Made by a program: the position numbers and the translations under genes. A DNA stretch of 64,000 bases. It comes from Chrysomallon squamiferum (lineage: Eukaryota > Animalia > Mollusca). How positions within the stretch are numbered: position 1 is the stretch's first letter; every line of letters starts with the position of its first letter. Shown here piece by piece: positions 61,601 through 64,000 of this stretch. The notes under the pieces are model-generated. The model did not search any database and was not told the origin of the DNA. It saw nothing but the letters and a program-made list of their open reading frames with translations. Location: the NCBI GenBank assembly GCA_012295275.1, contig CM022679.1:19654001-19718000 (forward strand), in the 5' to 3' direction.

Positions 61601-63864
61601 TAGAATGTTATTCTTTGTCATGTCTTCTGCAGTATGTTATTACAAAAACTAAAGTTTCATGTCTTTTTAAAATAATTTAAAATTTTCTCTTAATTCATAA
61701 TTCATTAGTAGGAGGTATTATAAAAAAAATCTGACATTTACAGTACAGTAATTATTATTTTGTTTTTAACTAAAAAGGTTTTACATTAAGATGTTTGATC
61801 TTACTATATTTTAAAAGTATTGAATATTTTTATTTTCTGTACAAATAGCTGAGAGTGGCAGTCTGTGATTCTGTGATTCCTGCTGTGAAGACAAACACAA
61901 CAATCACTGTATCAGTAATAATCAACCCAGCATCACCAGAATTTACACACAGCAGATACACAGTGGAAGTCACCGGCAGCCACAGAGTCGGGTCACATGT
62001 TACCACAGTCCTCGCCACAGATGATGATGGGGTTAGCTTACTATTATTTAGTCAAAATATTTTGATTTTTGTATGTATGTGTGAATGTATGTAAATGTGT
62101 GTGAGTGTGTGTGTGTGTGTGTGTGTGAGTGTGTGTGAGTGTGTGTGTGAGTGCATGTGTGAGTGTGTGTGAGCATGAGCGTGAGTGAGTGCATGAGTGT
62201 GTGAGCGTGTGTGTGAGTGTGTGTGAGTGCGTGAGTGAGCGTGAGTGCATATGTGAGTGTGTGTGTGAGTGTGTGAGTGTGTGTGTGAGTGTGTGTGTGT
62301 GAGTTTGTGTGAGTGTGTGTGTGTGAGTTTGTGTGAGTGTGTGTGTGTGTGTGTGTGAGTGTGTGTGAGTGTGTGTGTGTGTGATTTTTATTAATATTTT
62401 ATTTAAGAGAACAGTTTTATATTATGTCTGAGTGTATATATAATTATGTATTGACTTTTTTGTTTCTCCAGGACAAGCCAACATACAGTTTACTTACAGA
62501 CAGTGAATATTTCCTTCTGAACAGTGTGACAGGAGAGATGATTCTCATGAAATCACTTAGTAATGTTACTGGTACAAAGTTTGAGGTATGTATAACACAC
62601 CATTCAAATAATGTCATAGCTTTTATGGATTATATATTAATTCATGACTAAGAAAAACTATTTTTCTATTGCTAAGCAAATTTTCTGATGTTTATCTTAC
62701 CTTTTCAATCATTTTTAATAGCAATATAAGGCTGTTTTATGACAAAAAAAACACATTCTGTTAAATCCTGAAGACTTGTGAATTAATGGATTGAGTAATG
62801 ACAACTCTCTGTTAATTGTCTAGTTAAGAATCCAGGCCTCAGACAGAACTGTACTGCCAAACTATGGAGAGACAACACTTGTGGTTTCTGTCAAACAAAG
62901 CAAAAGACAAGCAGAGTTTATACAGGAACCCTATGTTGTTAAAGATCTGCTTGAAAACACACCTGTTGGAACCACAGTCTTCAGAAACATTGCTGCCAGG
63001 GATGACAATCTTCAGGTACGAGTGACTCTAAAATAAAACAGTTTGAAATAAAGATGTGACAGAATAGAAGTGAAAGATTCACTTTCTTCAAGACATTTAA
63101 AGTAACTAATTGAATTTTGATGAGAACTATGTGTGTGTTTCTAGGTATTTTTATTTTTTTATTTTATTTTTTTATTTATTTATTATTTTCACATGTTTAA
63201 TTTTTATTTATATCAATTTCAACAGGGATCACTGACATATGAAGCAATAGGTATCTATCCAGCAGAAAACTTTTTCAGCATCGACGAAAGTGATGGAACA
63301 ATTAGTATTGTTAGAGATCTCAGAATGGACACAACAGCTTCTGCTACATATAGGGTTAAGTCAGCTTTGTGAACTCATCTTCAGACTTAAATGTTTTTAT
63401 ATTTTTATGTAAAATTTTCTACTAATTCAATCTAATTCATAATTCCTAATTAAGAATGTATTATAATACAGTTTTTAAAGTTTTTGAAATATGAAGACAA
63501 AATTATTTGTATTCATATTCTTATATTTTTTTTAATGATGACGGTAAAGGTTTCTAGAATACTCTATCTCTATTCTACTTATTATCACCGCAGTTTTAAA
63601 TGAATAATTGATTTTATTATATTCAATCATGATCAAAGAAAATTCTTTTTATTAAAGTGAAATTGTGGTTTTCAGCTGGAAGTAGTTGTGTTTGACAGTG
63701 GAGACCATCACAACAGAGACACATCGACAGTGACAATCTCTGTGATTAGAAACCCCCATACACCAGAGTTTGACCGTCATTCATATCATCAAGTCATATC
63801 TGAATATGTCCGTGTTCAGCATGTTGTACAGACTGTCAGAGCTACAGATGCTGATAACCAGCTG
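85..63864 (+). CDS. Giant cadherin-repeat protein (Fat/protocadherin-like superfamily), internal multi-exon segment: 113 exons, 57 EC repeat units, open at both ends
   Basis: Strict alternation of AG..GT-bounded exons with cadherin motifs (YxI/LxG, FxID..G.I, AxDxGxP, PxF, xE, AxDxD); all phase 0; summed exon length about 18,149 nt; no N- or C-terminal features. Confidence 0.95.
814..999 (+). CDS. cadherin exon U1B
   Basis: AG/GT; [18 protein letters not shown]. Confidence 0.9.
1301..1438 (+). CDS. cadherin exon U2A
   Basis: AG/GT; [15 protein letters not shown]. Confidence 0.9.
1768..1959 (+). CDS. cadherin exon U2B
   Basis: AG/GT; [18 protein letters not shown]. Confidence 0.9.
2280..2423 (+). 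CDS. cadherin exon U3A
   Basis: AG/GT; [15 protein letters not shown]. Confidence 0.85.
2731..2916 (+). CDS. cadherin exon U3B (GC donor)
   Basis: AG/GCAAGT; [18 protein letters not shown]. Confidence 0.85.
3289..3429 (+). CDS. cadherin exon U4A
   Basis: AG/GT; [15 protein letters not shown]. Confidence 0.9.
3869..4060 (+). CDS. cadherin exon U4B
   Basis: AG/GT; [16 protein letters not shown]. Confidence 0.9.
4253..4378 (+). CDS. cadherin exon U5A
   Basis: AG/GT; [15 protein letters not shown]. Confidence 0.9.
4839..5039 (+). CDS. cadherin exon U5B
   Basis: AG/GT; [18 protein letters not shown]. Confidence 0.9.
5167..5298 (+). CDS. cadherin exon U6A
   Basis: AG/GT; [15 protein letters not shown]. 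Confidence 0.9.
5653..5844 (+). CDS. cadherin exon U6B
   Basis: AG/GT; [18 protein letters not shown]. Confidence 0.9.
6205..6336 (+). CDS. cadherin exon U7A
   Basis: AG/GT; [19 protein letters not shown]. Confidence 0.9.
6535..6720 (+). CDS. cadherin exon U7B
   Basis: AG/GT; [18 protein letters not shown]. Confidence 0.9.
7005..7148 (+). CDS. cadherin exon U8A
   Basis: AG/GT; [15 protein letters not shown]. Confidence 0.9.
7507..7698 (+). CDS. cadherin exon U8B
   Basis: AG/GT; [18 protein letters not shown]. Confidence 0.9.
8082..8210 (+). CDS. cadherin exon U9A
   Basis: AG/GT; [18 protein letters not shown]. Confidence 0.9.
8375..8438. repeat. (TG)n microsatellite
   Basis: perfect TG run in intron. 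Confidence 0.95.
8608..8793 (+). CDS. cadherin exon U9B
   Basis: AG/GT; [18 protein letters not shown]. Confidence 0.9.
9173..9319 (+). CDS. cadherin exon U10A
   Basis: AG/GT; [15 protein letters not shown]. Confidence 0.9.
9650..9835 (+). CDS. cadherin exon U10B
   Basis: AG/GT; [17 protein letters not shown]. Confidence 0.9.
10115..10246 (+). CDS. cadherin exon U11A
   Basis: AG/GT; [19 protein letters not shown]. Confidence 0.9.
10568..10752 (+). CDS. cadherin exon U11B with 1-nt frameshift (assembly error or disabled exon)
   Basis: 185 nt; [14 protein letters not shown] then frame change to [15 protein letters not shown]; TAG at 10649-10651 in the entry frame. Confidence 0.8.
11106..11228 (+). 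CDS. cadherin exon U12A
   Basis: AG/GT; [15 protein letters not shown]. Confidence 0.9.
11520..12204 (+). repeat. ~42-bp tandem repeat (16 copies) of the splice acceptor plus first 21 nt of exon U12B
   Basis: unit TTTTCAG|TTCAGTGTTTATGCAGAAGAT-AATATTCTATTGAC; last CAGs at 12013, 12055, 12097, 12139, 12181. Confidence 0.95.
12184..12372 (+). CDS. cadherin exon U12B
   Basis: AG/GT; [18 protein letters not shown]; 5' end may extend via upstream repeat acceptors. Confidence 0.85.
12760..12891 (+). CDS. cadherin exon U13A
   Basis: AG/GT; [19 protein letters not shown]. Confidence 0.9.
13059..13244 (+). CDS. cadherin exon U13B
   Basis: AG/GT; [18 protein letters not shown]. Confidence 0.9.
13408..13542 (+). 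CDS. cadherin exon U14A
   Basis: AG/GT; [15 protein letters not shown]. Confidence 0.9.
14322..14510 (+). CDS. cadherin exon U14B
   Basis: AG/GT; [18 protein letters not shown]. Confidence 0.9.
14893..15027 (+). CDS. cadherin exon U15A
   Basis: AG/GT; [19 protein letters not shown]. Confidence 0.9.
15451..15636 (+). CDS. cadherin exon U15B
   Basis: AG/GT; [18 protein letters not shown]. Confidence 0.9.
16026..16160 (+). CDS. cadherin exon U16A
   Basis: AG/GT; [15 protein letters not shown]. Confidence 0.9.
16418..16594 (+). CDS. cadherin exon U16B (no DxD)
   Basis: AG/GT; [17 protein letters not shown]. Confidence 0.9.
16968..17096 (+). CDS. cadherin exon U17A
   Basis: AG/GT; [15 protein letters not shown]. 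Confidence 0.85.
17399..17590 (+). CDS. cadherin exon U17B
   Basis: AG/GT; [14 protein letters not shown]. Confidence 0.9.
17968..18093 (+). CDS. cadherin exon U18A
   Basis: AG/GT; DLLRYEF..QNILK. Confidence 0.9.
18272..18457 (+). CDS. cadherin exon U18B
   Basis: AG/GT; [15 protein letters not shown]. Confidence 0.9.
18921..19046 (+). CDS. cadherin exon U19A
   Basis: AG/GT; [16 protein letters not shown]. Confidence 0.9.
19288..19470 (+). CDS. cadherin exon U19B
   Basis: AG/GT; [17 protein letters not shown]. Confidence 0.9.
20018..20146 (+). CDS. cadherin exon U20A
   Basis: AG/GT; HKIEFTL..FTGCR. Confidence 0.9.
20808..20993 (+). CDS. cadherin exon U20B
   Basis: AG/GT; [17 protein letters not shown]. 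Confidence 0.9.
21020..21060. repeat. (TG)n microsatellite
   Basis: TG run just after the U20B donor. Confidence 0.95.
21462..21596 (+). CDS. cadherin exon U21A
   Basis: AG/GT; [20 protein letters not shown]. Confidence 0.9.
21752..21937 (+). CDS. cadherin exon U21B
   Basis: AG/GT; [18 protein letters not shown]. Confidence 0.9.
22411..22557 (+). CDS. cadherin exon U22A
   Basis: AG/GT; [15 protein letters not shown]. Confidence 0.85.
23048..23239 (+). CDS. cadherin exon U22B
   Basis: AG/GT; [18 protein letters not shown]. Confidence 0.9.
23601..23732 (+). CDS. cadherin exon U23A
   Basis: AG/GT; [19 protein letters not shown]. Confidence 0.9.
24003..24188 (+). CDS. cadherin exon U23B
   Basis: AG/GT; [18 protein letters not shown]. 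Confidence 0.9.
24508..24834 (+). CDS. cadherin exon U24 (fused A+B)
   Basis: 327-nt open exon; [33 protein letters not shown]. Confidence 0.9.
25171..25305 (+). CDS. cadherin exon U25A
   Basis: AG/GT; [20 protein letters not shown]. Confidence 0.9.
25593..25772 (+). CDS. cadherin exon U25B
   Basis: AG/GT; [19 protein letters not shown]. Confidence 0.9.
25884..25928. repeat. (CA)n microsatellite
   Basis: CA run. Confidence 0.95.
26274..26411 (+). CDS. cadherin exon U26A
   Basis: AG/GT; [15 protein letters not shown]. Confidence 0.9.
26720..26908 (+). CDS. cadherin exon U26B
   Basis: AG/GT; [19 protein letters not shown]. Confidence 0.88.
27290..27430 (+). CDS. cadherin exon U27A
   Basis: AG/GT; [19 protein letters not shown]. 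Confidence 0.88.
27791..28030. repeat. ~56-bp minisatellite, ~4 copies
   Basis: GTTATAGTAATTAATATTCACCAG.. at 27840, 27896, 27952, 28009. Confidence 0.85.
28089..28274 (+). CDS. cadherin exon U27B
   Basis: AG/GT; [18 protein letters not shown]. Confidence 0.9.
28633..28770 (+). CDS. cadherin exon U28A
   Basis: AG/GT; [15 protein letters not shown]. Confidence 0.9.
29109..29294 (+). CDS. cadherin exon U28B
   Basis: AG/GT; [18 protein letters not shown]. Confidence 0.9.
29328..29620. repeat. compound trinucleotide low-complexity tract (ATT/ATC/AGT/ACT)
   Basis: runs of ATT, ATC, AGT, TTA/TTG. Confidence 0.85.
29739..29876 (+). CDS. cadherin exon U29A
   Basis: AG/GT; [21 protein letters not shown]. 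Confidence 0.9.
29912..30467. mobile_element. putative degenerate non-autonomous DNA transposon (MITE-like)
   Basis: higher-GC block with imperfect ~45-bp terminal inverted repeats and internal repeats of (A)TTTGGAGACA(G/T)GAAA. Confidence 0.4.
31041..31220 (+). CDS. cadherin exon U29B
   Basis: AG/GT; [18 protein letters not shown]. Confidence 0.9.
31236..31930. repeat. 14-bp minisatellite, ~49 copies
   Basis: unit ATAACAAATTAC(T/A)T; copies at 31268, 31282, 31296, 31310 and onward. Confidence 0.95.
32283..32417 (+). CDS. cadherin exon U30A
   Basis: AG/GT; [16 protein letters not shown]. Confidence 0.9.
32730..32788. repeat. (TG)n microsatellite
   Basis: TG run. Confidence 0.95.
32916..33104 (+). 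CDS. cadherin exon U30B
   Basis: AG/GT; [18 protein letters not shown]. Confidence 0.9.
33609..33740 (+). CDS. cadherin exon U31A
   Basis: AG/GT; [19 protein letters not shown]. Confidence 0.9.
34164..34349 (+). CDS. cadherin exon U31B
   Basis: AG/GT; [18 protein letters not shown]. Confidence 0.9.
34734..34874 (+). CDS. cadherin exon U32A
   Basis: AG/GT; [15 protein letters not shown]. Confidence 0.9.
34915..35233. repeat. 48-bp minisatellite, ~6.5 copies
   Basis: AGTCTTTTTGTCTGTTTGTGTGTAAGTCTGTTTGAGTCTTTGTGTTTA at 34920, 34968 and onward. Confidence 0.95.
35352..35540 (+). CDS. cadherin exon U32B
   Basis: AG/GT; [18 protein letters not shown]. Confidence 0.9.
36079..36213 (+). CDS. cadherin exon U33A
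   Basis: AG/GT; [19 protein letters not shown]. Confidence 0.9.
36450..36908. repeat. compound (TG)/(TA)/(TGTA) low-complexity tracts
   Basis: two degenerate dinucleotide blocks. Confidence 0.9.
36947..37132 (+). CDS. cadherin exon U33B
   Basis: AG/GT; [18 protein letters not shown]. Confidence 0.9.
37441..37570. repeat. (ATT)n microsatellite; same intron has TG (37238-37282) and CA (37843-37888) runs
   Basis: near-perfect ATT run of ~43 units. Confidence 0.95.
38017..38142 (+). CDS. cadherin exon U34A
   Basis: AG/GT; [15 protein letters not shown]. Confidence 0.9.
38593..38769 (+). CDS. cadherin exon U34B (no DxD; weak acceptor)
   Basis: TAG/GT; [17 protein letters not shown]; an alternative AG gives an in-frame start at 38599. 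Confidence 0.8.
39345..39473 (+). CDS. cadherin exon U35A
   Basis: AG/GT; [15 protein letters not shown]. Confidence 0.9.
39922..40385 (+). pseudogene. degenerate coding-like insertion, possible transposon-associated (DUF6589-like) relic
   Basis: higher-GC block; stop-riddled translations ..[14 protein letters not shown].., ..NY*YQTVK.., ..KEALQILY.. Confidence 0.25.
40566..40748 (+). CDS. cadherin exon U35B
   Basis: AG/GT; [15 protein letters not shown]. Confidence 0.9.
41290..41610. repeat. ~30-34-bp degenerate minisatellite, ~9 copies
   Basis: TTGTTTCATTTTACAACAATGTTTTAAG.. units. Confidence 0.85.
41664..41786 (+). CDS. cadherin exon U36A
   Basis: AG/GT; DQVEYML..FEKFE. Confidence 0.9.
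42335..42520 (+). CDS. cadherin exon U36B
   Basis: AG/GT; [17 protein letters not shown]. Confidence 0.88.
42700..42846 (+). CDS. cadherin exon U37A
   Basis: AG/GT; [14 protein letters not shown]. Confidence 0.9.
43124..43306 (+). CDS. cadherin exon U37B
   Basis: AG/GT; [17 protein letters not shown]. Confidence 0.9.
43810..43932 (+). CDS. cadherin exon U38A
   Basis: AG/GT; [16 protein letters not shown]. Confidence 0.9.
44349..44534 (+). CDS. cadherin exon U38B
   Basis: AG/GT; [18 protein letters not shown]. Confidence 0.9.
44952..45080 (+). CDS. cadherin exon U39A
   Basis: AG/GT; [18 protein letters not shown]. Confidence 0.9.
45195..45377 (+). CDS. cadherin exon U39B
   Basis: AG/GT; [17 protein letters not shown]. 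Confidence 0.9.
45947..46075 (+). CDS. cadherin exon U40A
   Basis: AG/GT; DILTYRI..RKFFS. Confidence 0.9.
46409..46594 (+). CDS. cadherin exon U40B
   Basis: AG/GT; [18 protein letters not shown]. Confidence 0.9.
46910..47032 (+). CDS. cadherin exon U41A
   Basis: AG/GT; [18 protein letters not shown]. Confidence 0.9.
47313..47495 (+). CDS. cadherin exon U41B
   Basis: AG/GT; [17 protein letters not shown]. Confidence 0.9.
47780..47914 (+). CDS. cadherin exon U42A
   Basis: AG/GT; DTIIYSL..SEQYL. Confidence 0.9.
48162..48347 (+). CDS. cadherin exon U42B
   Basis: AG/GT; [17 protein letters not shown]. Confidence 0.9.
48647..48784 (+). CDS. cadherin exon U43A
   Basis: AG/GT; [18 protein letters not shown]. 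Confidence 0.88.
49312..49497 (+). CDS. cadherin exon U43B
   Basis: AG/GT; [18 protein letters not shown]. Confidence 0.9.
50032..50154 (+). CDS. cadherin exon U44A
   Basis: AG/GT; [14 protein letters not shown]. Confidence 0.9.
50623..50805 (+). CDS. cadherin exon U44B
   Basis: AG/GT; [18 protein letters not shown]. Confidence 0.9.
51251..51379 (+). CDS. cadherin exon U45A
   Basis: AG/GT; [18 protein letters not shown]. Confidence 0.9.
51678..51863 (+). CDS. cadherin exon U45B
   Basis: AG/GT; [18 protein letters not shown]. Confidence 0.9.
52358..52501 (+). CDS. cadherin exon U46A
   Basis: AG/GT; DTIRYMI..IREFL. Confidence 0.9.
52796..52981 (+). CDS. cadherin exon U46B
   Basis: AG/GT; [18 protein letters not shown]. 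Confidence 0.9.
53409..53531 (+). CDS. cadherin exon U47A
   Basis: AG/GT; [14 protein letters not shown]. Confidence 0.8.
53820..54002 (+). CDS. cadherin exon U47B
   Basis: AG/GT; [17 protein letters not shown]. Confidence 0.9.
54296..54421 (+). CDS. cadherin exon U48A
   Basis: AG/GT; DEVRYSF..TTLFS. Confidence 0.9.
54787..54972 (+). CDS. cadherin exon U48B
   Basis: AG/GT; [16 protein letters not shown]. Confidence 0.9.
55270..55398 (+). CDS. cadherin exon U49A
   Basis: AG/GT; [18 protein letters not shown]. Confidence 0.9.
55619..55804 (+). CDS. cadherin exon U49B (no DxD)
   Basis: AG/GT; [18 protein letters not shown]. Confidence 0.85.
56286..56405 (+). CDS. cadherin exon U50A
   Basis: AG/GT; [12 protein letters not shown]. 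Confidence 0.9.
56623..56808 (+). CDS. cadherin exon U50B
   Basis: AG/GT; [17 protein letters not shown]. Confidence 0.88.
57147..57275 (+). CDS. cadherin exon U51A
   Basis: AG/GT; [18 protein letters not shown]. Confidence 0.88.
57643..57828 (+). CDS. cadherin exon U51B
   Basis: AG/GT; [17 protein letters not shown]. Confidence 0.9.
58111..58245 (+). CDS. cadherin exon U52A
   Basis: AG/GT; DDLQFYI..LSAFK. Confidence 0.9.
58495..58832 (+). repeat. ~51-bp degenerate minisatellite resembling the U52B acceptor/exon start
   Basis: GTAGTTCACAGCTGAAATGATGAAGATCCACT..AAACTAGTT units at 58651, 58702, 58753, ~58805. Confidence 0.8.
58863..59054 (+). CDS. cadherin exon U52B
   Basis: AG/GT; [18 protein letters not shown]. 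Confidence 0.9.
59509..59631 (+). CDS. cadherin exon U53A
   Basis: AG/GT; [16 protein letters not shown]. Confidence 0.9.
59857..60039 (+). CDS. cadherin exon U53B
   Basis: AG/GT; [17 protein letters not shown]. Confidence 0.9.
60406..60528 (+). CDS. cadherin exon U54A
   Basis: AG/GT; DEMWYRI..EDHYT. Confidence 0.9.
61002..61184 (+). CDS. cadherin exon U54B
   Basis: AG/GT; [18 protein letters not shown]. Confidence 0.9.
61324..61446 (+). CDS. cadherin exon U55A
   Basis: AG/GT; [18 protein letters not shown]. Confidence 0.9.
61849..62031 (+). CDS. cadherin exon U55B
   Basis: AG/GT; [17 protein letters not shown]. Confidence 0.9.
62096..62383. repeat. compound (TG)n/(TGAG) microsatellite
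   Basis: TG runs interrupted by AG/GC. Confidence 0.9.
62472..62585 (+). CDS. cadherin exon U56A
   Basis: AG/GT; DKPTYSL..GTKFE. Confidence 0.9.
62824..63015 (+). CDS. cadherin exon U56B
   Basis: AG/GT; [19 protein letters not shown]. Confidence 0.9.
63226..63354 (+). CDS. cadherin exon U57A
   Basis: AG/GT; [18 protein letters not shown]. Confidence 0.9.
63676..63864 (+). CDS. cadherin exon U57B
   Basis: AG/GT; [18 protein letters not shown]. Confidence 0.9.
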
Positions 63865-64000
63865 GTCAGTATACCAGTGATTTATGATATTTACAGTAAA
63901 TTATAATTAAAAGTACATAATATTTGAAAAGTTATTAATATTAAATCTGTGTCAAACTCAAAGAGAATACAATAAATTTAATGTATTAAAAGAATCACTC

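Noticed and set aside
85-63864. Assigning the symbol FAT4, fat, ds or CDH23
   Set aside because: Repeat number, RN-type linkers and exon structure do not fit, and the diagnostic C-terminal domains are outside the window.
85-63864. Dscam- or clustered-protocadherin-style array of mutually exclusive exons
   Set aside because: A and B exons strictly alternate and join into complete sequential domains, with cross-exon Cys pairs. There are no runs of same-type exons and no per-unit start codons or signal peptides.

Overview
AT-rich, intron-dense animal genomic DNA. A marine invertebrate such as a mollusc is plausible, but that is inference only. The whole 64 kb is an internal part of one + strand gene for an extraordinarily long cadherin-superfamily protein. 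I traced 113 exons by hand (about 18.15 kb CDS, about 6,050 aa). They form 57 consecutive cadherin (EC) repeat units with no start, signal peptide, EGF/LamG, transmembrane segment or terminal stop in the window. That already exceeds the 34 EC repeats of Fat. Each unit is a short 'A' exon (114-147 nt) plus a long 'B' exon (177-201 nt), and every intron is phase 0. The canonical DxNDNxP and LDRE/LDYE calcium motifs are replaced by xRN/RDxxP. Units alternate as dimers, fall into two dimer subfamilies, and show an 18-unit super-repeat marked by a predicted calcium-free hinge. Local oddities: a 16-copy tandem array of a splice acceptor plus exon start, two more duplicated acceptor/exon starts, a 1-nt frameshift exon, a GC-AG intron, a precise intron loss, an AG|GTAAGA recursive-splice-like site, and intronic mini/microsatellites and element relics.
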